Assembly: GCA_963843375.1 (NCBI GenBank)
Contig: CAWJKT010000004.1
Location: 160,001 to 224,000 of the forward strand
Length of the DNA: 64,000 nt
Direction of reading: 5' to 3'
Origin: an uncultured Pseudomonadota bacterium
GTDB taxonomy: Bacteria; Oederibacteriota; Muellerivitia; Muellerivitales; Muellerivitaceae
Shown: positions 49,892 through 60,674 of the stretch, piece by piece
Layout: each line of letters opens with the position of its first letter
Numbering within the stretch: the stretch's first letter is position 1
Program-made: the position numbers and the translations under genes
Notes under the pieces: model-generated
Seen by the model: the letters and a program-made list of their open reading frames with translations, nothing else
What the model was told of the DNA's origin: nothing
Databases searched by the model: none

Positions 49892-50689
49892 TCAGCGCCT
49901 CCACATTTTTCTCTGAGTCCGAAGGCCCTCAATATCGGAAGAATTCTCATCGCGCAAGGCATGGCCAGTCAGGCGAATAAAGGCGTCTTCGAGGGACTTG
50001 GCCCGGGCCTTTTTCTTCAGCGCTGCAGGGGTGCCTTGGGCAATAATTTTTCCATGGTCAATGATAGTGACCTGGTCCGCCACCCGCTCGGCTTCTTCCA
50101 TGTAATGAGTCGTGAAAAACACGGTAATCTTTTCCTTCTGGTTCAGGTTCTTAATGTAGTTCCAGATATGGTTTCGGGTCTGGGGATCAAGCCCTACAGT
50201 GGGTTCGTCCAGGAAAAGAATCTTAGGATGGTGTAGGAGACCCCGCGCAATTTCTAACCGTCTTTTCATCCCACCGGAAAACTGTTTCACCAGGTCGTTA
50301 CGGCGGTCCCAGAGTTCAACAATCTTCAAAAGTTCTTCCACGCGTTGTTTCCTCAAGACAGAGGGAACTTTGTACAGGACCCCATGAAATTCCATGTTTT
50401 CTCGAGCCGTCAGTTCGTCATCCAGGCTGGAGTCCTGAAACACAATGCCGAATGACCTGCGCACTTCGGTTTGCTCCCTGACGGGATCATGGCCATCCAA
50501 AATGATTTGGCCCGCCGTGGGTTTCAATAATGTCGTCAACATTTTAATCGACGTAGTTTTACCGGCGCCATTGGGACCCAGAAAACCGAAGACTTGGCCT
50601 TTTTCCACTGTGAAAGAAATTCCATTGACCGCGGTGATATCGGCGAATTTCTTGGTGAGGTTTTTCACAACGATTATAAGGTTTTTCAT
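49892..50689 (-). CDS. ABC exporter ATP-binding protein (DrrA-like)
   Basis: GPNGAGKT, FSGGM, LFLDEPT, TTHYMEEA. Confidence 0.95.
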   Translation of the reverse strand: MKNLIIVVKNLTKKFADITAVNGISFTVEKGQVFGFLGPNGAGKTTSIKMLTTLLKPTAGQIILDGHDPVREQTEVRRSFGIVFQDSSLDDELTARENMEFHGVLYKVPSVLRKQRVEELLKIVELWDRRNDLVKQFSGGMKRRLEIARGLLHHPKILFLDEPTVGLDPQTRNHIWNYIKNLNQKEKITVFFTTHYMEEAERVADQVTIIDHGKIIAQGTPAALKKKARAKSLEDAFIRLTGHALRDENSSDIEGLRTQRKMWRR

Positions 50690-50824
50690 GGAGGTCTTTT
50701 TAACATAACCCTTTATAGGAACCAAGAGACAATCAAAATAGTTAAGGTCCGGAGGATGTAAATGATCGACTAAAGTTCAAGTCCACTTTCCAAATTCAAT
50801 TTGCTTTGCTAAAAGTTTGAATAA

Positions 50825-52921
50825 CTAGGGGTTTCCGATCGAAAGGGAAATGGCCATTTTGTAATCTTCCTGAGCTTTTTCTTTTTGGCCCATTAGTTTT
50901 TCACAAAAGGAAAGATTGGAATAAAATTGAGCGGCGGGAAGCCCATATTGAATAGCGTTTCGGTAGGCTTCACTTGCTTGGACAAAATGGCCGTCCAACA
51001 CTTTAAATAATCCAAGCTTTTCCCAGTATATTGCGGTTAATAAAGGGTCTTCTTGAAATTGACTTTTCAACCCGGGGAAGGACTCCATAAATCCAGACCA
51101 ATTTTCTTTAATGGTTTTGTTTTTCAACCTTAGATTTATTCCTCGGTAAATCTTGTCGGCTTGGATCCAACGTTGAAGGAGGGATTCCGAAAACTCCGAA
51201 AGGGGGATAAGAAAAAGTCCCATAGGAGGCGCCGCATCGGGTTCTGACTTGTCGGTTTTCAATATTTTAAAGCGAAGTCCGGGGAAATCCTTTATCAGGA
51301 AGGGAGCGAAGTGGCGGTTAAGAATAAGCGCAGCCCATTTGGGAGAGGTGTCGGTTAAGGCTGTGTTTTGGAGAACATCAAAGGGATAAGAAGCTATGTT
51401 CAAGGTCTTGTTGTCGTAGTCGGTGCTAAATTCGGTAAATATATAGAAGGGGCCATTTTGATCGCTTTGGGTCTTGAGTGTTTGATAAGCATCCCAATAT
51501 TCCACCGACCTCCATTGCTGGTCGGCTGGAACCCCCCGAATGTTCGAATAATGGCCCACAAAATTATATCCATTCAAAGTGAGATTCGTTAAGAAGATAA
51601 AAAGGGTGAAAATAACTGGCCAAGGTTTCCATTGAATTTTAAAGTTGTGGATGGACAGGCAATGGGCTCCGAAGGTTGCCAACAACATCCAAAGGAGAAG
51701 GGACGGGGTGGTCCGGTACAACTCCAAATGGTTGGTGATAGTTCCGGGGAGAAGGAAGAGGACGAGAGCCAACCCAAGCCAAAAAAGAAATTTTCTTTCT
51801 ATTTTTCCAATAGCAAAAAGACTTCCGATAAAAACCAGCGAATCGGTTAGGGGATTCAACATTCCGCCCCAATTCGAGCTAAAAGGAAAACTGACTTTGC
51901 CGTTCCAAAAGAAGCAATTCAAATAATCCAAGTAGGAAAAGAACAAGGACGGGGGACCGAATTTTCCCGCGATGACCGCTAAATTTCCAGGCCCTAGACG
52001 GGCTGAAATCAGAGGCAATGCCAGCAATGAAGTCAAAGCGCTATAAGCCAGAAAGAACTCTAAGTCTTTGTTATTTTCTTTCCACCCATGGGCTAAAAGA
52101 ACGAGACCAATGAAAAACCACACGATGCCCCAATTCACATAGGAATAAAATCCCAGGCCGCAACAGGTGCTCAAGGCTAGAATCCATATCCATTGGAGAC
52201 TTACCTTTTTGGTTTTAAAGAAGAGACCCAATAAGCCGAAGGCCAGAAATTCAAAAATAGGGATCAAGTCGTTCGGATGACAAAATCGCATTAATGAAAA
52301 GCACCAAAAAGAAAAAGAAAAAAACCATAAAAACATGAAGGAAAAGGATTTTGAAAAAAACTGACGACAGGCCCAATAGGCGAGGCTGCAGGAAGCCAAA
52401 GAGGCCAAAGTTGGAAAAAGCCTTAAGGAAAAAAGCGAGGGTGGAAAGATTTTGAAAAAAAACGCCAGGAGCCAAATCAAAAAGGGTTCGACCCGGCCTT
52501 GGGTCCAAAGAAATTCCCAACGCCAATGACGGGATAAATCCATCGCTAAAGTGGAAAAAATCCCTTCGTCGCTCAATAACCAGAAGGGGATGGTCGTCAG
52601 TTTATAAAATCGGGTCAGGATGAGACAAAAAAAGAATAATCCCCATAACCAGGTGGAAGGGGCTTGATTGAAAACTTGGGAAGGGACTTCCCAGGAAAAT
52701 TTCCCGCTAGCAGGCGCCAGCCTCCGTTGTTTCAAAACATCGAATAAACCCAATAGGTATGGAACGGCTAGTCCGCCGAATCCGACCCAAAGTTTAGTTT
52801 GCAAGGATAAGTCGAAATAAGAAAGAAGGGTATTGGAGATGAGAAAGATTAAAAAATAGATCCAAGGATGAAATGGGATTTGGCGATGTAGAAGGCCATG
52901 AAATGGTCGAAGGTCGGTCAC
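50825..52921 (-). CDS. GT-C-fold membrane glycosyltransferase with TPR-like C-terminus, paralog 7
   Basis: WLLSDEG, RFCHPNDLIP, WGGMLNP, DPLLTAIYWEK. Confidence 0.72.
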   Translation of the reverse strand: MTDLRPFHGLLHRQIPFHPWIYFLIFLISNTLLSYFDLSLQTKLWVGFGGLAVPYLLGLFDVLKQRRLAPASGKFSWEVPSQVFNQAPSTWLWGLFFFCLILTRFYKLTTIPFWLLSDEGIFSTLAMDLSRHWRWEFLWTQGRVEPFLIWLLAFFFKIFPPSLFSLRLFPTLASLASCSLAYWACRQFFSKSFSFMFLWFFSFSFWCFSLMRFCHPNDLIPIFEFLAFGLLGLFFKTKKVSLQWIWILALSTCCGLGFYSYVNWGIVWFFIGLVLLAHGWKENNKDLEFFLAYSALTSLLALPLISARLGPGNLAVIAGKFGPPSLFFSYLDYLNCFFWNGKVSFPFSSNWGGMLNPLTDSLVFIGSLFAIGKIERKFLFWLGLALVLFLLPGTITNHLELYRTTPSLLLWMLLATFGAHCLSIHNFKIQWKPWPVIFTLFIFLTNLTLNGYNFVGHYSNIRGVPADQQWRSVEYWDAYQTLKTQSDQNGPFYIFTEFSTDYDNKTLNIASYPFDVLQNTALTDTSPKWAALILNRHFAPFLIKDFPGLRFKILKTDKSEPDAAPPMGLFLIPLSEFSESLLQRWIQADKIYRGINLRLKNKTIKENWSGFMESFPGLKSQFQEDPLLTAIYWEKLGLFKVLDGHFVQASEAYRNAIQYGLPAAQFYSNLSFCEKLMGQKEKAQEDYKMAISLSIGNP

Positions 52922-53050
52922 CGGTCGTCCTAACTTAAAAATGTTTTTTTAACCGTTTTAAGCTGATGATTTAGCCCGCACAGATCCAAAACTGATTTTC
53001 AGAATATATTAATGATTTTAAAAGAAAATAATTTCCTTAATTTACTAGTT

Positions 53051-55096
53051 TCAAATATTTTTTTTTGATTCCGCCAATTGCCTGGCTCGGGCCAAGTTAT
53101 GACGGAAGTGATCTAGGGGATATCCCTCTTGAAGGGCTTTCTGAAAGGACTGGGCGGCCGCTGGGAAATCACCCGCCATTACTTGAAAAGACGCCGATTT
53201 CTCCCAATAAACGGATTCCAAGTAAGGATCACCTTTTGAAAGATTTTGAATGGGAGCCATGGGGCCCACGAATTGTTCCCATGAAGTAAGGGGGCTTTTG
53301 TTTTTGACTTCAAGGCTAACCTTGCGATAAACCTCGTGAGCCCGGATCCATTGATTCAAAGTTTGAGGTGGAATCTCTTCCTCGGGGATTAATAGGAGTC
53401 CAAGGGAATGATGAAGATCTTGAGGCGGTAGATTGGAGTTCAACAATATAGCTTTCAGCCCAGGAAAGCGTTTTTGAAGGAAAGGAGCGTAGTTGATATT
53501 GCAAAGAAGGGCCACCCAATGGGGTTGGATATGGGATAAATCAGGGTTTTGAAGGGCATCCAGGGGATAGTCAGCGACAAGCAAGGTCTTGTCGTCATAA
53601 TCGTTGTTAAATTCTGAGAAAACATAAAGCGGACCCGATTGTTCAGCTTGGGACCTTAGGATTTGATAAGCATTCCAATACTCGACAGATCGCCACTGGC
53701 GGTAAGGAAGGGATCTTTTTATATCGGAATAAGGTCCAAAAAAATTGTAAATATTAAGAGCCAAGGAACCCAGAAGAAGGCAGACGATCCATCCCCGAGA
53801 AGAGGTAATTTGGACACCATGAGAAATAAGACTTTGGACTCCCAATGTGGCCAATAGTATCCAAAAGGGTAAAGCGGGTGTGGTCCGGTGTAACTCCAAA
53901 TAATTAGAAATGACTCCTGGAAGCATTGTGAGAAACAATCCCAGCCCCATCCAAGCCCACAATGTTTTTTCAAATTTTTCGGCCAGCCGAAGCGTTCCCA
54001 TGAAAACCAAGGAACCCATGATGGGATTCAGCATTCCACCCCAATCGGGTCCAAAGGGATAACTGGCTTTGCTTTCCCAAAACAATCCGCTGAAATAAAG
54101 GATCCAGGATTTAGCGGAGAAGAAGCCACCAAAATCGTTGTTAATATTTGACATGGCGCCCGGCGCGAAGCGGGAAATGAATAAAGAAAAAGCCAGAAAC
54201 ACTGTTACGAATTCAAAGGCCGCAAAAAATTTCAGATTCCGTGTTTCGCTATTAAATCCATACGCGAAAAGGACCAAGGTGACAAAAAACCAAACGACAA
54301 CCCAATTCACATAAGCGTAAAACCCTATGCCGCAACACAAGCCTAATGCCAGGATCCATCCCCACTTTGAGGAATTGTGCTTGGATTTAGTCAAGCCGCC
54401 CAGAAGGCCGAAGGTCAGGAGTTCGAAGATGGGGATCAAGTCATTTGGATGGCAAAAACGCATTAATGAAAATTCCCAAAAAGAGAAGGAAAACAACCAG
54501 CAAAAGACAAAAGAAAAGAATTTCGGGAAAAATTGGCGGGCCGCCCAATAAGCAAGAGCCGCCGCCAAGATTGATAATAAAGCGGTGAAAAGCCGAAGCG
54601 TCGTAAATGAAGGCCCGAAGATGCGGAAAAATTCACCCAGGCTCCATGTTAAAAGGGGTTCCATCCGAAACTCACCCCACAACAAACTCCAATTCCATTT
54701 TTTTTGAAGACTCATGGCAAACATAGCGAAGGTTCCTTCATCGCTTATTGGCCAGAAGGGGACGGTGGTAAGTTTGTAAAATCTTGAGAAAAGGAGAAAA
54801 AAAGCAAAAGAAAACCACAACCAAGGGGAAAGGATGTTATGTGTGAAAGGGAAGTCCGGAAAACTTAAAGAATATGGCATCATCGATTTAGATTTCCATC
54901 GAATTTTCAGAACAGTCCACAAGGCTATAGAAAAAGGAATTATCAATCCGAGGAAACCCACCCAAAGCCTGATGGAAAAAGAGAAGGAAAAATAAGAAAG
55001 AAGGATGTTCGATGAAAGGAAAATCCAAAAATAAAACCAGGGATGAAAGATTCGGGGGGGAAGCAAAGGGATATTCTCAGAATCCTCTTTATTCAT
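53051..55096 (-). CDS. GT-C-fold membrane glycosyltransferase with TPR-like C-terminus, paralog 8
   Basis: WPISDEG, RFCHPNDLIP, WGGMLNP, NINYAPFL, DPYLESVYWEK. Confidence 0.72.
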   Translation of the reverse strand: MNKEDSENIPLLPPRIFHPWFYFWIFLSSNILLSYFSFSFSIRLWVGFLGLIIPFSIALWTVLKIRWKSKSMMPYSLSFPDFPFTHNILSPWLWFSFAFFLLFSRFYKLTTVPFWPISDEGTFAMFAMSLQKKWNWSLLWGEFRMEPLLTWSLGEFFRIFGPSFTTLRLFTALLSILAAALAYWAARQFFPKFFSFVFCWLFSFSFWEFSLMRFCHPNDLIPIFELLTFGLLGGLTKSKHNSSKWGWILALGLCCGIGFYAYVNWVVVWFFVTLVLFAYGFNSETRNLKFFAAFEFVTVFLAFSLFISRFAPGAMSNINNDFGGFFSAKSWILYFSGLFWESKASYPFGPDWGGMLNPIMGSLVFMGTLRLAEKFEKTLWAWMGLGLFLTMLPGVISNYLELHRTTPALPFWILLATLGVQSLISHGVQITSSRGWIVCLLLGSLALNIYNFFGPYSDIKRSLPYRQWRSVEYWNAYQILRSQAEQSGPLYVFSEFNNDYDDKTLLVADYPLDALQNPDLSHIQPHWVALLCNINYAPFLQKRFPGLKAILLNSNLPPQDLHHSLGLLLIPEEEIPPQTLNQWIRAHEVYRKVSLEVKNKSPLTSWEQFVGPMAPIQNLSKGDPYLESVYWEKSASFQVMAGDFPAAAQSFQKALQEGYPLDHFRHNLARARQLAESKKNI

Positions 55097-55138
55097 AGGA
55101 GATATCCTAACATGACACTTTGACCGAGGTCCTCCTTG

Positions 55139-56737
55139 TTAGGCCATATCCAAGAGTTGGTGGTTGGGGCATTTGCGGAGGGTGTAATCCTTGTCCCATA
55201 GCGTCCGGAAAAGGATCACGGGGCGATTGAGTTTATCCCTGGTTTTTAAGGCCTGCACCGGCGGGTCGAAGGTATCCACGTCGCCTTTCAGCCAAGCGCT
55301 GCAGGTGTAGGGTAAAAGCTCCAAGTCGGATTCTACACCATACTCGCTTTTCAAGCGGTATTGCAGGACGTCGAACTGAAGGCGACCCACGGCGGCCACG
55401 TAAAAATCAAGTTCGTCCCAACTTTTCAACATCTGCACCGTCCCCTCGGCGGTCATTTGCTCCACGCCCTTGTCGAAGGACTTGCGCTTGCCCACGTCCT
55501 TGGGCCGGACCCGCGCGAAAATTTCCGGCTGGAAGGACGGCAGGGGCTTGAAGTTGAATCCGCCGGTAAGGGAGATAGTGTCGCCGATGGCGAAGGTGCC
55601 GGGGTTGATGACGCCCACAATGTCTCCCGGATAGGCAAGGTCCACGGTATTTCGGTCCTGGGCCAGCATGGAATGGGGTCGCGACAGACGAAGCTCTCGA
55701 TTCAATCGGTGGTGCTTCACTACTAGGTCACGCTCGAATCGGCCCGAGCAGATACGGAGGAAAGCGGTGCTATCCCGATGCTTGGGGTTCATGTTGGCCT
55801 GCAACTTGAAAACATAGGCTGAAAATGGGGTTTCGATGGGATCCACCAGAATTTCTCCTTCGGGAGCGTCCGCGATTCGGGCGCCCGGCGGAGGGGCCAT
55901 TTCCACGAAAGCGTCAAAGAAGGGCTCGACCCCGAAGTTGGTTAGTGCCGAGGCGAAAAAAACGGGGGTCACCTTGCCCTTTAAAAACTCGTCATGATTA
56001 TAGGGATTCCCGGCCACTTCCAATAATTCCAGGTCATGGTGTAACTTCTCCCAAAGCTCTTCCGAAACGTGATCTTTCACGCCGTGGTCGGATAGAGCAA
56101 TACGTTCAACCGCCGCCTTGGCCGCGCCGCCCACGGATTTTTTGGTAAATAGCAAAAGATCTTTGGTGCGGCGATCCACTACGCCCCTGAATTCTCGCCC
56201 CGACCCAACAGGCCAATTGATAGGGGAGGAATGGATGCCGAGCACCTGTTCCACTTCCTGCATCAAGTCCAGGGGATCCCGGCCCGGTAGGTCCATCTTG
56301 TTGATGAAGGTCATGACCGGGATACCCCTCAGGCGACAGACCTCGAAGAGTTTGCGGGTCTGGGTTTCCACACCTTTGGCGGCGTCTATCACCATGATGG
56401 CACAGTCGGCAGCGGTAAGGGTGCGGTAAGTATCTTCAGAAAAGTCCTGATGGCCCGGGGTGTCCAGCACGTTAATAATGGATTTCTTGTAGGGAAACTG
56501 CATGGCGGTGGCCGTGATAGAGATACCCCGCTCCTGCTCCATGCCCATCCAGTCTGAAACCGCCACCTTGCCGCCCTTGCGGCCTCGCACCATTCCTGCG
56601 GTTTGAATCATGCCGGAATAAAGCAACAGCTTTTCCGTTAATGTAGTTTTACCCGCGTCCGGATGGCTGATGATGGCGAAGGTTCGGCGCTTCGCGATCG
56701 CATTTTTGATTTCATTGGTCAGATTGGGGTCGGTCAT
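55139..56737 (-). CDS. prfC: Peptide chain release factor 3
   Basis: RRTFAIISHPDAGKTT, RGISI, DTPGHQDFSEDTYRTL, NKMD. Confidence 0.98.
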   Translation of the reverse strand: MTDPNLTNEIKNAIAKRRTFAIISHPDAGKTTLTEKLLLYSGMIQTAGMVRGRKGGKVAVSDWMGMEQERGISITATAMQFPYKKSIINVLDTPGHQDFSEDTYRTLTAADCAIMVIDAAKGVETQTRKLFEVCRLRGIPVMTFINKMDLPGRDPLDLMQEVEQVLGIHSSPINWPVGSGREFRGVVDRRTKDLLLFTKKSVGGAAKAAVERIALSDHGVKDHVSEELWEKLHHDLELLEVAGNPYNHDEFLKGKVTPVFFASALTNFGVEPFFDAFVEMAPPPGARIADAPEGEILVDPIETPFSAYVFKLQANMNPKHRDSTAFLRICSGRFERDLVVKHHRLNRELRLSRPHSMLAQDRNTVDLAYPGDIVGVINPGTFAIGDTISLTGGFNFKPLPSFQPEIFARVRPKDVGKRKSFDKGVEQMTAEGTVQMLKSWDELDFYVAAVGRLQFDVLQYRLKSEYGVESDLELLPYTCSAWLKGDVDTFDPPVQALKTRDKLNRPVILFRTLWDKDYTLRKCPNHQLLDMA

Positions 56738-56816
56738 AGGGGCGACATGATAGCAAACAATGACCTTTTCTTGGATATAGGGTTGGGCTAAAGTAACGCC
56801 ATTCCATGTTCAAAGG

Positions 56817-57911
56817 ATGCACATGCGGAACACTTTTTGCCTGAAGTGGGATCAGGAACACGGCGCTAAATTGGTGGATTTCCATGGTTGGAACATGCCA
56901 GTTTCCTACGCCAAGGGTATTCTTTTTGAGCACGAGGCAACCCGCACCAGCGCGGGCCTTTTCAATATCTCCCACATGGGACGTCTGCGTCTCTATGGGC
57001 CCCAGGCCTACAAGCTTTGCCAATATGCCTTTACCAATGACCTTTCCAAGGTCAGCATCGGCAGTGCCCTTTATGGTTTTCTTCTTAATGCCAGGGGCGG
57101 CATCATCGATGATGTCATCATCTATAAGGAAGCCAACGACCGGTTTCTTTGGATCATAAACGCAGGAGGCCGGGGAACGGATGTGGAACAATTGACGCGC
57201 TTAGCTTCCGGAAAGGACTTGACGATGGAAGTTCTTTCCGACCACACCGCCCTGCTGGCTCTCCAGGGTCCCAAGGCTGATGCCGTCTTAAAGCGACTGG
57301 TGAAGGACGTGAATTTGGACAAGGTTCCCTATTTTGGCTTCGGGCGAGGGACGATCCAGGGAAAATCCGCCATCATCATGGCTACCGGCTATACGGGGGA
57401 AGATGGTTACGAAGTGATGGTTGACGTAAAGGATGCCCCTATGGTCTGGGACTTGCTGGTCAGCCAGCCGGAAGTGACCGCTTGCGGCCTGGGCGCTCGT
57501 GATTCCCTGCGCCTAGAAGCCGGACTGCCCCTCCATGGAAACGATATCGACGAAAACACCCAGCCTTTCGAGGCCGGCCTGGGATGGGCGGTCAAGATAG
57601 ATAAGGAGGGTGGATTTTTTGGCCGCGAAGCCCTGAATAAGAACCCAAGCCGTAAATTGATTGGATTGACTCTTGAGGGCCAGAATATCCCCCGGTCCCA
57701 CTACAAGGTTGTTTCGGAAGGCCAGGAAGCCGGGGAAGTGACCAGCGGTGTTTTCTCTCCGACCTTAAAAAAGGGAATTGCCCTGGCTTACGTTAAAAGC
57801 GAATTAGTGGAAAAACCCCTGGCGGTTGATATCCGGGGCAAAGCCGTCCCCGCGCAAAAGACGAAGCTTCCCTGGGTTAGGCACGTCACCAAAGGGAAGG
57901 CCAAAATTTAA
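56817..57911 (+). CDS. gcvT: Glycine cleavage system aminomethyltransferase T
   Basis: F.GW.MP, GLFNISHMG, GGIIDD, LQGP, TGYTGEDGYE, GLGARDSLRLEAG. Confidence 0.96.
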   Translation: MHMRNTFCLKWDQEHGAKLVDFHGWNMPVSYAKGILFEHEATRTSAGLFNISHMGRLRLYGPQAYKLCQYAFTNDLSKVSIGSALYGFLLNARGGIIDDVIIYKEANDRFLWIINAGGRGTDVEQLTRLASGKDLTMEVLSDHTALLALQGPKADAVLKRLVKDVNLDKVPYFGFGRGTIQGKSAIIMATGYTGEDGYEVMVDVKDAPMVWDLLVSQPEVTACGLGARDSLRLEAGLPLHGNDIDENTQPFEAGLGWAVKIDKEGGFFGREALNKNPSRKLIGLTLEGQNIPRSHYKVVSEGQEAGEVTSGVFSPTLKKGIALAYVKSELVEKPLAVDIRGKAVPAQKTKLPWVRHVTKGKAKI

Positions 57912-57929
57912 GGATCCCCGCATCCGATT

Positions 57930-60674
57930 TTAAGGTGCTGTTGGAGATCGAACTACCGAAATGCTTTTCAAGGCCGTTCCATCCTTGTAAATCACCACGA
58001 AATATTGGCCGGGGGGCATGTCGTTGCCTTTCTCATCGCGGCCATCCCATTCCACCCAAGCCTCCGTTTCGGCCACTACGTGCCGGTCATAAATGGTTTT
58101 TACCGGATTGGCTTCTCGGTCCACAATTTGAAGTTGGTACCACCCAGGACCGTCCCCGAAGGAAACGTAGATATTTGCAGGCGGGGCGGCGAATTCGATG
58201 GTTTGTTCCTTATCAAGCAGGGAAAGCAAGTTGGTCACGACCCTAGTGGGCGTTGGAAGCGCGGTTTTTAAAATAGGTGTTCTTGTCGGCCAGGGTCTTA
58301 GTGTGGCTGTCTTCGTTGGGCGCCAAACCCACGTCGGTGTGGGTTGAATCCTCATGCGCTTGAGCCGGGGTTTAGGGGTTAAAGCGGGAAGCGGACTGGG
58401 CGCGAGGGTGGGCCGCAAAAGAGGAATGATCGCTGGAAGCGAGTAAGGTGTAGGAGATGGCCTCAAATTCAAAACGGGAACAAACATTGAATAAGGAGTT
58501 GCTGTTGGAATGGGAATGGGTGTGGATGTTGGCCAGGGTGTATCAGTTGGAGTGGTCGTAAAGATCCGGGTGGGCCAGGGTGTGGGTGAAGGAGTGGGTA
58601 CTAATATAGGTTCCTCCGGAACTTGGGGATTGGGGCAATTCGAAGGGTTTCCGTAAAAAGCAATTTGATCCACGCTGAAAGCGAAGGATCCGCGACCTTT
58701 GGATTCGAATCCGACTCCCGTTATGTCGCTTCCGTCTGGATGGGTTGCCGCTCCCCCTTCCGTTTCCCACCAGGACTTTAGGCTCATCTCCTTAAAGGGA
58801 ACCCTGAATAAGGTCCAGACCCCTTTGGGAGGGACGACGTTAAAAGAATAACCGTTGACGTCCGTCACGGATGAACTAAGAAGGTTAAACCAATAGCTGT
58901 TGCCGTCGCCTTTCATCCAAAACTGGACGCCGGTGAGGCCGTGGATCACGGTATTGAAAGGGGCACCATTGGCGAAGAGGGGGGTCTGGAAAACCACATC
59001 ACCTCCTTTCGAACCCAAAGGGTTCTCCCCGGACACGGAAGCGCAAAAGCGGCTCCCTTGAGCGCCGGGTTCGCTGTAAGACACGATGATGCGGCTGTCG
59101 GAAGAAGCAATCGCGTTCCATTTCCCTCCCCAGCGATTGATGCGGGCGGGAGGAGGGCCATTTCGCGCCGGATCCTCGAAGTCGTCGATCCCCCTGTCCA
59201 GGCAGTCATTTTCCAGGGGGGTGGGGGTGATGGTGGGAGTCGGGGCCCCCGCCCCGGGGGTGGAACAATTGGAAACATAATCACCATAAAAGGAGATCTG
59301 ATCCAGGCTGTAAGCGAAGGAATTGTTGTCCTTGGGATAAAATTGAATCGCTGTGATGTCGGTTCCCTCAAATTTTTCGGGAAGGTCGTATTGCCGCCTA
59401 AAATCAAAATTTGGACGGCTCATTTCATCGAATGGGATTTGGTAAAAAGTCCAATAAGTCTTAGGGGTGACCAGGTAACTGTACCAATCCAAGTCCGTAA
59501 CGGCTTTGGAGGGGAGCTGGACCCAATAACTTTGGCCATCCCCCTTCATCCAAAACTGGATGCCCTTAAAGTGGTAACCGGCTGCGTTAAAAGAATTGAT
59601 CCAACCCGAAGGAGAGCCGGCCAGGGCGGATTGATACAGGGCGAAACTGGTTTCATTGCGGTTTCCGGTCATCATGGAGCCTGTAACTCCCGCCGAATAG
59701 CGGCTGGAGCCCTGGCCGGGGCCGCTGTAAGTCACGCCCATACTATTGCCGTTGGTGTATTTCAATCTCCATTGGCCGTCCCAGAGGTTAGTCCGAGTGT
59801 TATCGGACAGCCAGACACCGTCTGTCTGGGTAGGTGGCGCGGGGGAAGGTATGTTGCGGCCCGGGTCGGCGAAATCGTCGATCAAGGTTGTGGGGCAGCC
59901 GTTGACGACGGGCAGGGTGAGAGCACCGGAAGACGAAGGAGGTGCGGCATCCGAGTGGGCGTCGAAGTTCCGGTTAAAAGTGATGGTGAAATCGAAATCT
60001 TTATTTTCTCCCTTTTCCCAAATCCAATTAGGTTTGGAATCGTTGTGGGAATAGACCAGGCACAAATCGGGATCATAGTCCCGGTTATCCGCCATCACCA
60101 AATGAAGCCCTTCCGAAGTCATTTGGACCGTCAGGCCCCCGTGGGTGTGGGAAGGGCCCATGGAAAAGGGGGCTGAATCGGCCTGGCGAATCGCCCAATC
60201 GGTCACCCTATCCACCGGTATAAGGCCCTCATTGTCATTGAATTCGTAGGTATCGCCCTGCCAATCTGAATAGGGAAAACTGGCGTAAACCTGGACACAG
60301 CTGACTTCAACCGATTCCCGGGGAACCAAATGGTAATAGATGTGCAGGCCCGATCCGGAGGTTTCGACTCGGTATAGGAGGTCCACCAAAACCCCATTCA
60401 CCCGGGCGATGGCGTTGAAACCTGGTCTTAATTCGTTGGCGCGCCCCGCTTGAAACGGGAAATAGCCTTCCCAATGTTTCTCCACGAAATTTCCGGTAAA
60501 TATGACCGGGTTCACGTGGAGAACCTCTTGAAGATTGTCCTTTATGACAACGGTGCCGCTATCGAAGGCTTGGATGCTCAAGGGAGAAGCGCTTTTATCC
60601 GATGCCGATGCGGGAAGGCATTGGCCTAAGGCCAGAAGACTCCCAAGCCAAAGGCTTTTAACGAGATTATTCAT
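57930..60674 (-). CDS. Secreted modular protein: two CIA30/CBM11-like domains, Pro/Thr-rich region, C-terminal FlgD-Ig-like domain
   Basis: Signal peptide; repeated IDDF..G(I/V)QFWMKGDG..DQI.FYG; PTPT runs; WDGRDEKG..PPGQY. Confidence 0.7.
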   Translation of the reverse strand: MNNLVKSLWLGSLLALGQCLPASASDKSASPLSIQAFDSGTVVIKDNLQEVLHVNPVIFTGNFVEKHWEGYFPFQAGRANELRPGFNAIARVNGVLVDLLYRVETSGSGLHIYYHLVPRESVEVSCVQVYASFPYSDWQGDTYEFNDNEGLIPVDRVTDWAIRQADSAPFSMGPSHTHGGLTVQMTSEGLHLVMADNRDYDPDLCLVYSHNDSKPNWIWEKGENKDFDFTITFNRNFDAHSDAAPPSSSGALTLPVVNGCPTTLIDDFADPGRNIPSPAPPTQTDGVWLSDNTRTNLWDGQWRLKYTNGNSMGVTYSGPGQGSSRYSAGVTGSMMTGNRNETSFALYQSALAGSPSGWINSFNAAGYHFKGIQFWMKGDGQSYWVQLPSKAVTDLDWYSYLVTPKTYWTFYQIPFDEMSRPNFDFRRQYDLPEKFEGTDITAIQFYPKDNNSFAYSLDQISFYGDYVSNCSTPGAGAPTPTITPTPLENDCLDRGIDDFEDPARNGPPPARINRWGGKWNAIASSDSRIIVSYSEPGAQGSRFCASVSGENPLGSKGGDVVFQTPLFANGAPFNTVIHGLTGVQFWMKGDGNSYWFNLLSSSVTDVNGYSFNVVPPKGVWTLFRVPFKEMSLKSWWETEGGAATHPDGSDITGVGFESKGRGSFAFSVDQIAFYGNPSNCPNPQVPEEPILVPTPSPTPWPTRIFTTTPTDTPWPTSTPIPIPTATPYSMFVPVLNLRPSPTPYSLPAIIPLLRPTLAPSPLPALTPKPRLKRMRIQPTPTWVWRPTKTATLRPWPTRTPILKTALPTPTRVVTNLLSLLDKEQTIEFAAPPANIYVSFGDGPGWYQLQIVDREANPVKTIYDRHVVAETEAWVEWDGRDEKGNDMPPGQYFVVIYKDGTALKSISVVRSPTAP

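Noticed and set aside
58941..60176. 411-aa plus-strand ORF
   Set aside because: Antisense shadow of the 914-aa gene; no motifs or RBS
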